Shown here: piece after piece, positions 48,440 through 59,318 of the stretch
Layout of the letters: each line of letters starts with the position of its first letter
Position numbering within the stretch: position 1 is the first letter of the stretch
NCBI GenBank assembly: GCA_965216875.1
Contig: OZ244207.1
Coordinates: 1,248,001 to 1,312,000, forward strand
DNA from: Rubripirellula sp.
GTDB taxonomy: Bacteria; Planctomycetota; Planctomycetia; Pirellulales; Pirellulaceae
Direction: 5' to 3'
Length of the DNA: 64,000 nucleotides
Program-made: the position numbers and the translations under genes
Notes under the pieces: model-generated
The model's input: the letters and a program-made list of their open reading frames with translations, nothing else
What the model was told of the DNA's origin: nothing
Databases searched by the model: none

Positions 48440-49165
48440 CTATGGCGACACCGTTTCTTCGGCGACACCTTCGTTTGCGTTGCGGGGGTCGCGAAAACGG
48501 TATCCGATTCCGCGAACCGTTTCGACGAGGCCAGCGTTGTCTCCGAGCTTCTTTCGAATCGCTCGGATGTGAACATCGATGGTTCGCTCGAGGACGATTG
48601 CATCGCCGAGTGCTGCATCGATGAGCTCGCTGCGGCTGAAGGCGCGACCAGGTTGGCGAATCATGGTATCGAGTAATGCAAATTCGCTCAGCGTCAGGTC
48701 GAGCGTTTCTTCGCCAGCTGTGACGCAGTGACGACCGCGGTCAATGACAATGCCTTGGCAGGCAACAACGCTGCGAGCATCGGCGGCGGTAGAACGCCGT
48801 CGCAACAAGGCTTTGATTCGTTCGAGCAGAACTTTGACGCTGAAGGGTTTGGTGACGTAATCGTCTGCCCCCATGGCGAGTCCAACGACTTGGTCGGTCT
48901 CTTCCGATTTGGCGGTCAGCATGATGACCAGCACGTCGCTTTTGGCCGGATTGGCACGCAGGCGGCGGCAGACTTCCAAGCCATCGATGACGGGAAGCAT
49001 GAGGTCGAGAACGATGACATCGGGAGTTTTGTGTTGGGCTTGGTTGAGTCCGTCTTGTCCGTCGTGCGCGACCGAGACGTTGTAACCAGCCTGTTCCAAA
49101 TTGTACGAGAGGACTTCCGACAACGAACGGTCGTCCTCGATGATCAAAACGTTTTGCTTGGCCAT
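48440..49165 (-). CDS. phoB: Phosphate regulon response regulator
   Basis: OmpR-type receiver (LDLMLP..DG; GADDYVTKPF) and wHTH (RTIDVHIR..RKK; VRGIGY); follows phoU. Confidence 0.88.
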   Translation of the reverse strand: MAKQNVLIIEDDRSLSEVLSYNLEQAGYNVSVAHDGQDGLNQAQHKTPDVIVLDLMLPVIDGLEVCRRLRANPAKSDVLVIMLTAKSEETDQVVGLAMGADDYVTKPFSVKVLLERIKALLRRRSTAADARSVVACQGIVIDRGRHCVTAGEETLDLTLSEFALLDTMIRQPGRAFSRSELIDAALGDAIVLERTIDVHIRAIRKKLGDNAGLVETVRGIGYRFRDPRNANEGVAEETVSP

Positions 49166-49174
49166 GGTTATTGT

Positions 49175-49849
49175 TTATTGGACGACGGCGTCCAGATCGT
49201 GTTTGTGGCGAGCGATTTCGCCGTCGACGAGATAGATCACGTCTTCGGCGATATTGGTTGCGTGGTCGGCAATCCGTTCGACATAGCGGGATGCGGAAAA
49301 CAGGTACATCGCTGCTTCCACAAGTTCAGGCTGAGTCTTCATGACCTGCTGGACTTGTTCGATGACTTCGCGGTTGAGTGCGTCCACTTCTTCGTCACGC
49401 ATGCGTACCGCGCCGGCCGTTTCGACATCCATACTTACCAGGGCATCCAAAGCCGCCTGCACCATGGCAACCGTGACTTCAACCATGCGGTCAAACGTTT
49501 CTGGCACCAACAAGCCGGCGTGGCCTGAGAGGCTGCTTGCACGTTCGGCCACATTGACGGCCAAGTCTGCGATTCGTTCGAGGTCGTTGTTGATTTTCAG
49601 GATCGTCACCACCCGTCGCAGGTTGATTGCAACGGGTTGGTGAAGGGCGAGGATCTTGAGGCATTCCTCTTCGATTTGCACTTCTTGTTCATCGACGATG
49701 GTTTCGTGCTGCATGACGTCCGAGACAAGCTCGGGTCGCATTTCGCGAATCGCGAGGCACGCCTTCTGGATCATCTCTTCGACAATCGAAGCTTGCGAAA
49801 GAACTTGTCGTTCGAGCGTTTCGAGGTCGCGTACGAAGTGTTTGCTCAT
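49175..49849 (-). CDS. phoU: Phosphate signalling protein PhoU
   Basis: ALHQPVA..LR, DLERIADLA.N and ERIADHATNIAE motifs. Confidence 0.95.
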   Translation of the reverse strand: MSKHFVRDLETLERQVLSQASIVEEMIQKACLAIREMRPELVSDVMQHETIVDEQEVQIEEECLKILALHQPVAINLRRVVTILKINNDLERIADLAVNVAERASSLSGHAGLLVPETFDRMVEVTVAMVQAALDALVSMDVETAGAVRMRDEEVDALNREVIEQVQQVMKTQPELVEAAMYLFSASRYVERIADHATNIAEDVIYLVDGEIARHKHDLDAVVQ

Positions 49850-49851
49850 CG

Positions 49852-50775
49852 TTATCCAAATCTGCCCGTGATGTAATCTTCGGTTTGTTTTTGGGTGGGC
49901 GCGGTAAACAGCTGATTGGTTGGACCGGCCTCCACCAGACGTCCTTCGAAAAAGAAGGCGGTTTGATCCGAAACACGCGCCGCTTGCTGCATGTTGTGGG
50001 TAACGATCACGATCGTGTAGTTGTCACGCAATTCAAAAATCAGGTCTTCGATACGAGCGGTCGACGCGGGGTCAAGCGCCGAAGCGGGTTCGTCCATCAA
50101 CAGAACATCAGGATTGGTCGCCAACGCGCGGGCAATGCAAAGCCGTTGCTGCTGGCCGCCGGACAACCGAAGTGCTGAGTCGTGGAGTCGATCTTTGACT
50201 TCATCAAGCAATGCGGCTCGCTCAAGTGAATGCTCGACAATCTCCAGCAGGGCGGCGCGATTGCGAATGCCGCCCAGGCGAGGACCATAGGCGACGTTTT
50301 CGAATATCGATTTTGGGAAGGGGTTCGACTTTTGAAACACCATTCCGACGCGTTTGCGAAGCTCAACCACGTCGGTTTGCGGGTGGTAGATGTCTTCGTT
50401 GTCCAGAAGCACGTCACCCTCAACGCGAGTGTTGTCGATCATGTCGTTCATTCGATTGAGGCAGCGAAGGAACGTCGACTTGCCGCATCCAGAGGGACCG
50501 ATGAACGCGGTCACAAGCTTTTCGGGGATACGCAGTGAGACATCTTTGAGGGCGAGGCTGTGGCCGTAGTAGAACGACAGGTGATCGGCTCGGATCTTTG
50601 GATGGATCCCGGCAAGATCCTCGGCCGTTGAGGGCGCTCCGCTGCGTTCGACTTTGGGAGCCGAAAGCGATGGCGTGCCGCTGTCGACGCGAGACGATTC
50701 AGCGGTATCTGTCGACATGGGTTGCGGTTCCATTCGGGAGGGCTCGGTGGTTTTCTTTTGGATGGTCAAATTCAT
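49852..50775 (-). CDS. pstB: Phosphate ABC transporter ATPase
   Basis: [34 protein letters not shown] and [10 protein letters not shown] motifs; start uncertain. Confidence 0.95.
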   Translation of the reverse strand: MNLTIQKKTTEPSRMEPQPMSTDTAESSRVDSGTPSLSAPKVERSGAPSTAEDLAGIHPKIRADHLSFYYGHSLALKDVSLRIPEKLVTAFIGPSGCGKSTFLRCLNRMNDMIDNTRVEGDVLLDNEDIYHPQTDVVELRKRVGMVFQKSNPFPKSIFENVAYGPRLGGIRNRAALLEIVEHSLERAALLDEVKDRLHDSALRLSGGQQQRLCIARALATNPDVLLMDEPASALDPASTARIEDLIFELRDNYTIVIVTHNMQQAARVSDQTAFFFEGRLVEAGPTNQLFTAPTQKQTEDYITGRFG

Positions 50776-50811
50776 CGTCATCAACTCGAATATCTCTTGT
50801 GGGACGAGGTT

Positions 50812-51687
50812 TTACCAGCGAATTCGTTTGGCGTACTTTTGTCGAAGGAATACGGCGATCGCGTTCATGCAGATCAGGACGACGAGCAGCACGATGATTC
50901 CACCCGCTGCGACGCTGTGGAATTCAGCCTGAGGGCGTGACGTCCAGTTGAAAATCTGAATCGGGAGTGCCGTGAACTGATCCATCGGACCTTGGGGCGT
51001 AAACGGCACAAAGGCAGCTGCACCCACGGCGATCAATGGTGCGGCTTCCCCAATGGCTCGCGACAAGGCAATGATCACTCCAGTCATGATGCCGGGCATC
51101 GCCGCCGGCAAAACCTGACAGCGGACCGTTTGCCATTTCGTTGCTCCCAATGCGTACGATCCGTGGCGAATCGAATCGGGCACGGCTCGCAGTGCTTCTT
51201 GCGTGGCAAGAATGATGATCGGCAAGACAACCAGCGAAAGGGTAAGGGCACCCGAGAGCAAACTGCGACCCATCGACAGCGTTTGGACAAACAGCCCCAA
51301 GCCCAAGATGCCGTAGACAATCGAGGGCACGCCCGCCAAGTTGGCGATGTTGATTTGGATCAGCTTGCGCCAACGTGATGCACGAGCATACTCTTCCAGG
51401 TAGATCGCGGCGCCAACGCCCGCTGGCAGCGAAATCATGGCGGTCATCACCGTCAACCAAATGCTTCCGGCAAGTGCCGATTTGATTCCGGCCTTGTCTG
51501 CGTGCCGCGATGGGAAACTCGTCAGAAAGTCAAAGCTGACGTACTGTGAGCCGTGCGAAAAGATGTTGACCAGGAGGAACACCAAGGTCGCTACGCAAAG
51601 CAAGGTTGCCCCAAGGCAGGCAAACTTAAACAGGTTCGCAGCGATTTGAATATTGCCTCCGGTGCGACGGAGTCCACCGGAACTCAT
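50812..51687 (-). CDS. pstA: Phosphate ABC transporter permease
   Basis: GAAIYLEEY, NLAGVPSIVYG and RAIGEAAPL motifs. Confidence 0.95.
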   Translation of the reverse strand: MSSGGLRRTGGNIQIAANLFKFACLGATLLCVATLVFLLVNIFSHGSQYVSFDFLTSFPSRHADKAGIKSALAGSIWLTVMTAMISLPAGVGAAIYLEEYARASRWRKLIQINIANLAGVPSIVYGILGLGLFVQTLSMGRSLLSGALTLSLVVLPIIILATQEALRAVPDSIRHGSYALGATKWQTVRCQVLPAAMPGIMTGVIIALSRAIGEAAPLIAVGAAAFVPFTPQGPMDQFTALPIQIFNWTSRPQAEFHSVAAGGIIVLLVVLICMNAIAVFLRQKYAKRIRW

Positions 51688-52628
51688 TCGTATTTCTCCC
51701 TCATGATGCTGACAACAAACTGTGCCAACAGATTCATGGCCATCGTGAAGATAAACAGCGTTAGCCCCACTGCGAAGATTGTGCGGTATTCAGGGGTGCC
51801 TGCAGGCGTGTCGCCGAGGCTGACCTGAACAATGTAGGCCGTCATGGCCTGGATGCTCTCGAGTGGATTGAGCGTCAGGTTGGGTGTCGCACCGGCGACG
51901 AGTGTGACCGCCATCGTTTCGCCGATCGCTCGTGAAATCGCGAGCAGGAACGAGGCGATGATTCCAGAGATCGCTGCGGGCACCACGATTTGGACCGTCA
52001 CATGGAATTTCGTGGCACCCAATGCGTAGCCCCCTTCGCGGAGCGAATTGGGGACCGATCGAAGGGCGTCTTCACTCAGCGAGATGATCATCGGCAGGAT
52101 CATGATGCCGACCACGATGCAAGCACTTGCTGCATTGAAGACTCCGGCACCTGGAAAGATCCAGCGAATGATTGGCGAGATAAAGACCAGGCCCACGTAT
52201 CCGTAAACGACCGATGGTATTCCTGCCAAAACCTCAAGCACAGGTTTGACGATGTCGCGGAACCACGGCGATGCATATTCGCTTAAGAAGATTGCCGTTC
52301 CGAGTCCGAGCGGGACAGCAACCAGTGCTGCCCCCGTCGCGACCAGGACGGTGCCGCAAACCAAAGGCATGATGCCAAAGTGTTGCGGCTTAAAAAGTGG
52401 TGTCCACTTGGTGTCCGTCAGGAACTCGACGATCGAAACGTCAAAGAAGAACTGAACGGACTCGTAAAGCAGAATGACGACAATGCCGATCGTGGTCAGC
52501 ACCGAGATCGCAGCACAACCTACCAGGAAGATATGCACTCCCGATTCGATCCACTGGCGAATCCGCGTTTCGTTCGATTGCGAACGCAACTGAGACAGCG
52601 GCCTTGCAGTCGTTGGATTTGAGCTCAC
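51684..52628 (-). CDS. pstC: Phosphate ABC transporter permease
   Basis: AIFLSEYA, LAGIPSVVYG and SRAIGETM motifs. Confidence 0.95.
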   Translation of the reverse strand: MSSNPTTARPLSQLRSQSNETRIRQWIESGVHIFLVGCAAISVLTTIGIVVILLYESVQFFFDVSIVEFLTDTKWTPLFKPQHFGIMPLVCGTVLVATGAALVAVPLGLGTAIFLSEYASPWFRDIVKPVLEVLAGIPSVVYGYVGLVFISPIIRWIFPGAGVFNAASACIVVGIMILPMIISLSEDALRSVPNSLREGGYALGATKFHVTVQIVVPAAISGIIASFLLAISRAIGETMAVTLVAGATPNLTLNPLESIQAMTAYIVQVSLGDTPAGTPEYRTIFAVGLTLFIFTMAMNLLAQFVVSIMREKYE

Positions 52629-52703
52629 TCGCGGTGATCCTGTTTATTGGCTTGTCGTCGCCACTTCCAAATGCGGCCGAGCACTCAACCTCGGCCCGAA
52701 GGC

Positions 52704-53642
52704 TCAGCCTGAAGTTGCCGAAGAGTAAGCCTCTTCGTTCTTTTTGGCTGCGTCGTCCGAGATGGCAACGTAGCCGACCTCCGAGGCGAGGTCACCACAG
52801 TTGTCCAAGTAGAACCGAACGAACTGTTGCACGTCCTCGCGATCCTTCAAAGCGTCTTTGCGGACGTAGATGAAGATCGGACGCGACAGTGGTTGGTAAG
52901 TGCCGTCACGAACGGTTTCTTCCGATGGGGTCATCGGGCCATCGCCACCATCAACACCCATTAGCTTTAGGCGACCTTTGTTTTCGATGTAGTAAGCGAA
53001 GCCAAAGTAACCCATTGCGAACTTGTCTTCTTGAACACCGGTGACCAAGACATTGTCGTCTTCGCTGGCGGTGTAATCGGCTCGCGAAGCACCTTCTTCG
53101 CCGTTGATTGCTTTGGTGAAGTAATCAAAGGTGCCCGAATCGGTACCAGGTCCGTAGAGGTGAATTTCCTCTTCTGGCCATTCAGGGTTGATGTCGCTCC
53201 ACTTCTTGACGCCACTTTCGGGACGCCAGATTTCTTTGAGTTGCTCGACCGTTAACGAGTCGCACCAGTCGTTCTCGGGGTTGAGGACAACGGCCAAGCC
53301 ATCAAAGGCGACTTCAAGCTGGATGTATTCAACACCAGCGGCTTCACACTTCTCTTTTTCGCTGTCCTTGATCGGACGCGATGCACCGCAGATCTCGATC
53401 GAGCCGTCGATGAATTTCTTGAATCCACCACCGGTTCCTGAGAACCCGGCCGTGACGCGGATGCTTTGGGTGGTCTTTTGGAACTCCTCAGCGACTGCTT
53501 CGGTGACCGGGTAGACCGTGCTCGATCCGTCGATCTGAATCGTCGTGGTCGATGCTGTCTCGCTCGAGCATCCCACACAAAGTGCCATCGCTGCGGTGGC
53601 GGCAACGGTTCCCATGCGTCCTAGAAACATGCGTTTTTCCAT
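52704..53642 (-). CDS. pstS: Phosphate-binding lipoprotein
   Basis: Lipobox (CVGC); IDGSSTVYP, SGTGGGFKKF, DSGTFDYF and YQPLSRP motifs. Confidence 0.93.
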   Translation of the reverse strand: MEKRMFLGRMGTVAATAAMALCVGCSSETASTTTIQIDGSSTVYPVTEAVAEEFQKTTQSIRVTAGFSGTGGGFKKFIDGSIEICGASRPIKDSEKEKCEAAGVEYIQLEVAFDGLAVVLNPENDWCDSLTVEQLKEIWRPESGVKKWSDINPEWPEEEIHLYGPGTDSGTFDYFTKAINGEEGASRADYTASEDDNVLVTGVQEDKFAMGYFGFAYYIENKGRLKLMGVDGGDGPMTPSEETVRDGTYQPLSRPIFIYVRKDALKDREDVQQFVRFYLDNCGDLASEVGYVAISDDAAKKNEEAYSSATSG

Positions 53643-53808
53643 TTTCTTTCGTGTTTCGCTGTAAAAAGCAGGTTGGCATCCGTTTGCTAGCTAGGCAAGG
53701 CAGGGGCCTGCAGGCTAGCAGAAATTGAGGGCAGATCCGCGAAAGGTCACGGCCTCGAAGAAGGTTGAAATCCGCCTCTGGATGAGTGCCCGAAAGCTAA
53801 ACCAGAAA

Positions 53809-53836
53809 TGTGAAGACTTCATTAAGAGTTTGTGAA
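53809..53836 (-). promoter_or_regulatory. Candidate Pho box (three direct repeats, 11-bp period)
   Basis: Minus strand TTCACA-aactc-TTAATG-aagtc-TTCACA, ~170 bp upstream of pstS. Confidence 0.65.
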
Positions 53837-53846
53837 TGCAAGCTTT

Positions 53847-55631
53847 TTAGATCCGCGGGAGTCTTACGGTGAAAGTGGTTCCCCTTCCGGGCTCACTTTC
53901 GACATCCACGCGCCCATTAAAAGACTGGGTCAGATGCTTCACAATCGACAGGCCGAGACCGGTCCCGCCCAATTCTCGTGACCGGGCTTTGTCCACGCGA
54001 TAGAACCGCTCGAAAAGGCGGGGCAGGTGTTGCGCAGGGATGCCGATACCGGAATCGCGAACTTCGATCACACCATACTCGGCTTCACCCTTCCAGGCTA
54101 CCGTGATCGATCCCCCTTCGGGAGTGTACTTGATCGCGTTGTTGATCAAGTTGTTGAGGATTTGCCGAACGCCTTCCTCGTCAGCAACGACATTCAGATT
54201 GGGCGTGTGGGCATCGCTGTTGATGGTCAGCCGCTTGGCCGCAACCTGAGCCTGTTGTTGTTTCAAGCAGGAGGTCACCACCTCTTGAACATCGACCGTT
54301 CCGATATCGAACGCTTGCTGGCCGGATTCGATTCGGGCCAGCGATAGGAGGTCGAGAATCAGTTGATGAAGCCGTTCGGCTTGGTCTTCGATGTTCTGGA
54401 CGAACCGGAGTCGATTGTCTCGGTCGTCCAATGCGCCCTGACTGAGCGTTTCTGCGTAGGCTTTGATCGCGCTAAGGGGTGTCTTCAGCTCGTGCGAGAC
54501 GTTGGCAACGAACTCTTGTCGCATCGATTCGAGTCGACGCAGTTCGGTAACGTCTTGAATCACGAGAATGAATCGTGTGGTCGGTTCTTCGGTAAGCAGA
54601 TTGGCGTAGACGCTCAAAGCGCGCGGTTCTTGATCGCCCATTTCGATTTCGACGCGACGCGATTCTTGATCGGCTTGGCACTCGACAAGCGCAGCGTGAA
54701 GCTTGTGACTTCGAACGACTTCGAGCAGTGGTCGGCCCTGTGCGTCCGAGGGCGAAAAACTCATCAATCGGCCCGCTGCTGCGTTGGCCAGCACGACGCG
54801 TTGTCGATCGTCCAGCGAGATCACGCCCTCAGCCATCCCTTCCAGGACGGTGGTCAGGCGTTGGCCGCTTTCGCGCAGCTCCATTTCGCGTGAAGAGAGT
54901 TGGTCGCTCATGCGGTTGAAGCCTCGCGCCAACACGCCAAGTTCATCATGCGAGCGAATGTAGACGCGTTCTCGGTAGTCACCATCAGCGATACTCTCGG
55001 CCGCCGACGTCAGCCTCGTGACGGGCCGAGCGACCGTTGCAGCAACGAAATAGCTGAGGAAAACGACACCTAGGCTAACCAAGGCTCCGACCAGCCAGAT
55101 CAATCGCTTGATCGAGGCCACCTCGGCGCGAATGTCGTCCGTTTGCATCGCAGTCCGAACCAAACCGACCGGTTTCTCGTTGAGGTCGGCCCGAATGGCG
55201 ACGTAAAGCATCGAGCTTTTGAGGGTCGGGCTGATGCGTTCAGAGGTCCCAAACCCGAGCTCTCGAGCGCGCACGAGTTCGACGCGTTGGTGATGGTTTT
55301 CCATCGCTTGGACTTCTGCCAGACCGTCGCGTGACGAATCGGCAAGGACCACACCTTCCATGTCGACCAGCGTGATTCGCGTTTCGACCTCACTGCCGAG
55401 ATGCTTGACCTGTTGCTGCAGTGTGTCGTTGCTGCCATCAGGCAGTGCATCGATGAAGTTGCTTCGCACGAGCCTTGCCGTCGAAGCGAGCTGTTGCTGC
55501 AGCAATGCCTCGACCTGTGACTCCTGCCATCCGCTGACGATCACGACAAACATCACCGTTGCTGCGAGATTCAGCGCGGCGTAGGTGATGAACAGTTTCC
55601 AAAAGAGTCGCGATGACCACACGATAGACAT
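53847..55631 (-). CDS. phoR: Phosphate regulon sensor kinase (TM-periplasmic-TM-HAMP-PAS-HisKA-HATPase)
   Basis: MENH..R.E, EFVANVSHELKTPL and FERFYRVDKARSRELGGTGLGLSIVKH motifs. Confidence 0.9.
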   Translation of the reverse strand: MSIVWSSRLFWKLFITYAALNLAATVMFVVIVSGWQESQVEALLQQQLASTARLVRSNFIDALPDGSNDTLQQQVKHLGSEVETRITLVDMEGVVLADSSRDGLAEVQAMENHHQRVELVRARELGFGTSERISPTLKSSMLYVAIRADLNEKPVGLVRTAMQTDDIRAEVASIKRLIWLVGALVSLGVVFLSYFVAATVARPVTRLTSAAESIADGDYRERVYIRSHDELGVLARGFNRMSDQLSSREMELRESGQRLTTVLEGMAEGVISLDDRQRVVLANAAAGRLMSFSPSDAQGRPLLEVVRSHKLHAALVECQADQESRRVEIEMGDQEPRALSVYANLLTEEPTTRFILVIQDVTELRRLESMRQEFVANVSHELKTPLSAIKAYAETLSQGALDDRDNRLRFVQNIEDQAERLHQLILDLLSLARIESGQQAFDIGTVDVQEVVTSCLKQQQAQVAAKRLTINSDAHTPNLNVVADEEGVRQILNNLINNAIKYTPEGGSITVAWKGEAEYGVIEVRDSGIGIPAQHLPRLFERFYRVDKARSRELGGTGLGLSIVKHLTQSFNGRVDVESEPGRGTTFTVRLPRI

Positions 55632-55733
55632 CCAGGCAACGAGTCAACTTAGCGTCTGTCGCCTACCTTATTGGATCGGACTGCTACCAGCAATCGGCAG
55701 CACACCCCGTTCACGCAAAGATCATCAATGCAC

Positions 55734-55910
55734 TCATGCTAAGAACATCGACGCCATGACAACGAACGCGATGATCAGCGGCACGACGATGATTCCCGTG
55801 ATCGCATGTGCCAACAGCCCACTTTCGATCGAAGTGTTCGGTTCGGCATCTTCGGTCTTCGGCTCGTTCGTTTCGCCCGGTGGGCGATAGGGGTTTGCTT
55901 CTTCGGCCAT
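55734..55910 (-). CDS. Small membrane protein with N-terminal NPY motif
   Basis: MAEEANPYRPP followed by one C-terminal TM helix; GAGG before the ATG. Confidence 0.55.
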   Translation of the reverse strand: MAEEANPYRPPGETNEPKTEDAEPNTSIESGLLAHAITGIIVVPLIIAFVVMASMFLA

Positions 55911-55969
55911 GGGGGCCTCGACCAGGTTTTGGAAAGAGGGGGCGTTGAAACACGCGTTAAAGAGTTTGG

Positions 55970-56043
55970 CGTGTGGCAGCACACGCAAGGATTGGTGCGT
56001 GCAAGCTCACACAAGAATTGGTGCGTGCAAGCACACACCCTAC
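55970..56043 (-). repeat. Tandem GTAG-type REP copies
   Basis: ATTGGTGCGTGCAAGC x2 ending in CACACACCCTAC; related to 9309-9333. Confidence 0.7.
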
Positions 56044-56056
56044 CAAAAGGCTTGGG

Positions 56057-58288
56057 CTAGGCTGGAGTGGGAGCCAAAGATTTGGTGGGGTCGACGATGT
56101 CACGATCGATGCCAACGTAGTCGGCGTCGCTTTCATCGACACGTGGCCGTACCGTTCCAAAGTACAGCAGGCAGGTCACCGCAACACCAATGCTGACCAC
56201 GATCCACATCGGTTGATACGCCGGTCCGGCATCGGTCGAACGCAAGAAGAGCGATGCGCCCTCCCATTGGCTCGAGGCGATGCGTTCCATCGAAACGGAA
56301 AGGGCATTGTTGGTGAAGTGAATCAAGATGCCCGGCAACACACTTCCTGTTCGCAGGGCAATCCAGCCGAGCAAGACACCCATCACCGTCGCGGCGATCG
56401 ATTGCTGGAGCACGCCGTGAGAAACACCAAACAGGATGGCGGTGATCAAGACGGCACGAAGGCGTCCGCGTTCTCGAACCAAGCCACCAAAAATGAAGCC
56501 GCGGAAGGCAAGTTCTTCACAGATCGCAGGGACGAACGCCATCAGGAACAGGACGCTCAACCAAGGTGCGGTCGAGATCTTTTCTGCAAATGGCCGCATC
56601 GCTGCCGCGGCTTGCTCGCTAATCGGGTAGGTGTAGCTGATCCATTCGGCAAGCAGGACATACATCGGATGCAGGGTCACACCGAGCAAAACCGCAAGCG
56701 GCAAGGTTGTCCAGTGCGGCATGCGGATTCGCAAGCTTTGACGCAGTGAGGTGGTCAGTACCGTGGCCATCAACAAAGCAGGAGCCAGGATCAAGCCGAT
56801 TTGCGGCAGCAGGACCATTTGAGCAATCCCACCAAAGCCATCTGGCATCTCGGTCACGGCCAACTTGCCAAAGAAGAGGCCGACCAAGATGATCGCACCA
56901 CAGACAAAGGCTTGCGTCGGTGTCGCGGCAATCTGACGATCACGCCAAAGGTGTTTGACCCAGCTGCTGAGTTCCCATTGGTCGCCGCCGCCGAAGAGGA
57001 CTTTTTCTTCTTCGAATTGACGTCGGGCCCAAGAGACGGCCAGCCACAAGCATCCCGTTGTCACGCCAGCGACGATTGGCAGGTGCCACAGGGCCAAGCC
57101 GTACTGGCCTTCGACCAGAGCGCGAACCAAAAGGAACATTCCCGTGACAGGAATCAGGCTGGTTCCGGCAGTCAACGTTGTGCCAGGTAGCATCGGTAGC
57201 AGTACCAACGGCAACGTGACCATCATCAATGGCATCAAGTAGTATTGACCTTCCTTGCTACTTCGGGCCATCGCGGCAACCGAAAGTGCCAGAGCACTGA
57301 AGAGTGCCGATAGGGGCACCAGTGCAACGAGCAACCAAAGCATCGGAGCGATGGGTGGAGCGCCGATGCCGCCTTCGCCCCCAACGCCCATCTGTCGAAA
57401 GACGAACGAACTGGTGACGAGCATGCTGCTGGCGTTTAGCAATGCCGTCAACATGCTGAAGGTGGTTACGGCACCAAGCTTGCCCCAAACGATTTCGCTG
57501 CGTAGGGCAGGGCTGCAAAGAAGTGTTTCGAGTGTCCCGCGTTCTTTTTCGCCAGCAACCAAGTCGATGGCTGGATAGAACGCTCCGGTCATCGCCCAAA
57601 CGAGCATGATGAACGGAAGGAGTTTGCTCCAGAAAGCGGCTTCGCGCGTTTGATTGGGCGCGATGTCGATGTCGCTCAGCTTGAAGGGCTCGAGCATTTC
57701 AATGTCGATGCCCGAGTTGGTCAAGCGATCTTGAATCCAGCCATTACGCCATTGACTCAATAATCGCCCAACGCGGTCTCGTGCGACCATCGATTGGTCG
57801 GATGCCACGTTGTAAAGCAGTTGGACCGATGCGGCTTCGTCTGTCAGACGTGCATCGACATCGGTGAATTTGGGCGGCACGATCACGACCGCGTCAAACG
57901 TTCCTTCGCGAACCCACTGCGACGTTTGTTCTTCAATATTGCCTTTCCTGAACTCGTCCCATCGATGGGTGATCAGTTCAAGCGGGTCGGTCTCGCCCAA
58001 GCTGCTGGCAAACCGATCGTCTTCGATCAGGATGGGAGCATTGGTCAGGTGTTCGGTTCCGACAACACAAACCGAAGTGGGGTGTTGCCGAGTGAATTGA
58101 GCGATTTGTAGCAGGAGCGTTCCAACCAGCGGGTACAGCAAGATTGGAAGCACAGCGATCGTGAACAGCGTTCGGCGATCACGCAATTGATCGCGCATTT
58201 CTCGCAGGTAGATCAACCAGATCGCTGACAATCTTGGCTTGCCAGACTGGCGTGCCAGGCGTCGCTTCTCTTCGGAGGACAAGCTCAT
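56057..58288 (-). CDS. natB: NatB-like ABC-2 permease fused to a CPBP/CAAX protease domain
   Basis: [12 protein letters not shown] and [13 protein letters not shown] (NatB); [16 protein letters not shown] and HFTNN (CPBP). Confidence 0.85.
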   Translation of the reverse strand: MSLSSEEKRRLARQSGKPRLSAIWLIYLREMRDQLRDRRTLFTIAVLPILLYPLVGTLLLQIAQFTRQHPTSVCVVGTEHLTNAPILIEDDRFASSLGETDPLELITHRWDEFRKGNIEEQTSQWVREGTFDAVVIVPPKFTDVDARLTDEAASVQLLYNVASDQSMVARDRVGRLLSQWRNGWIQDRLTNSGIDIEMLEPFKLSDIDIAPNQTREAAFWSKLLPFIMLVWAMTGAFYPAIDLVAGEKERGTLETLLCSPALRSEIVWGKLGAVTTFSMLTALLNASSMLVTSSFVFRQMGVGGEGGIGAPPIAPMLWLLVALVPLSALFSALALSVAAMARSSKEGQYYLMPLMMVTLPLVLLPMLPGTTLTAGTSLIPVTGMFLLVRALVEGQYGLALWHLPIVAGVTTGCLWLAVSWARRQFEEEKVLFGGGDQWELSSWVKHLWRDRQIAATPTQAFVCGAIILVGLFFGKLAVTEMPDGFGGIAQMVLLPQIGLILAPALLMATVLTTSLRQSLRIRMPHWTTLPLAVLLGVTLHPMYVLLAEWISYTYPISEQAAAAMRPFAEKISTAPWLSVLFLMAFVPAICEELAFRGFIFGGLVRERGRLRAVLITAILFGVSHGVLQQSIAATVMGVLLGWIALRTGSVLPGILIHFTNNALSVSMERIASSQWEGASLFLRSTDAGPAYQPMWIVVSIGVAVTCLLYFGTVRPRVDESDADYVGIDRDIVDPTKSLAPTPA

Positions 58289-59085
58289 TGGGCACCTCCA
58301 GATAGTAGAAGTGCCTCTTCGCTTTCCATCGTGTGTTCGTCTTCTGCCAATTCGTGGCGACTGAGCAATCCGAAGAACAGCTCTTCAAAGTCGCGTTCGC
58401 TGTGGCGTGAGCGGAGTTCGGTGAGTGTTCCGCTATCGAGGATTCGGCCGCGATACATGATGGCGATGCGGTCGCAAAGTCGTTCGACTTCGCTCATGAT
58501 GTGCGTCGAAAAGATCAAGCACTTGCCGGCTTCGCGAAGTGATCGAATCACGGAAAGCAAGTTACGTGCAACAAGGACATCGAGGCCGAGTGTGGCTTCG
58601 TCAAAGACGAGCACCGGTGGGTCGTGTACCAAGGCGCGGGCGATGGAAACCTTTTGTTTCATCCCGGTCGACATCTTCGAACCGGGCACGTCGCGAAAGT
58701 CGTTCATTCGCAACTGGTCAAACAGGTTTTCAAGTCTGTCTTTGAGGTGCTTGGCGGACATGCCATGCAGGCGACCAAAGTATTCGACCAGTTCCCAGGC
58801 CGTCATGCGGTCGTAGATGGCTGTGTTGTTGGAGACGAATCCGATGCGTCGTCGTACTTCTGCGGGGTCTGTGACGACGTCGTAGCCACCCACGGTTGCG
58901 ATGCCGCTGGTTGGCGAAAGCACGGTGCTCAAGATTCGTAGCACGGTTGTCTTTCCCGCGCCATTGGGGCCAAGCAGGCCAAAGATCTCACCGGGCCGAA
59001 CGGTGAAGGAAATGCGATCGACAGCGACGAAGGGTCCTCGTTGGACGTCCTCGTAGGTCTTCGTCAGATGTTGAACTTGAATCAT
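58285..59085 (-). CDS. natA: NatA-like ABC transporter ATPase
   Basis: [23 protein letters not shown] and [15 protein letters not shown] motifs; ATG at 59085. Confidence 0.85.
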   Translation of the reverse strand: MIQVQHLTKTYEDVQRGPFVAVDRISFTVRPGEIFGLLGPNGAGKTTVLRILSTVLSPTSGIATVGGYDVVTDPAEVRRRIGFVSNNTAIYDRMTAWELVEYFGRLHGMSAKHLKDRLENLFDQLRMNDFRDVPGSKMSTGMKQKVSIARALVHDPPVLVFDEATLGLDVLVARNLLSVIRSLREAGKCLIFSTHIMSEVERLCDRIAIMYRGRILDSGTLTELRSRHSERDFEELFFGLLSRHELAEDEHTMESEEALLLSGGAQ

Positions 59086-59318
59086 GCCGTCGTGCTTGGT
59101 GTGGGCCGCTTCGTCAGAGACGCGCCACCACATACCACGTGCGCCGGTTGTTCCGGTAATGTGGGCGCATCGGAAGCGATCTCTATCGGACACTAGCCCG
59201 CCATTAGGCCCCAGGCGGGTCGCACGACTAAAGAACTGGAGGAAACCAGCAGAGGGGACCGGACTAACCGGCAATCGCTGCAAATCTTTGCGAGCGACGA
59301 AGTTTTCGAGGTCGTTTG

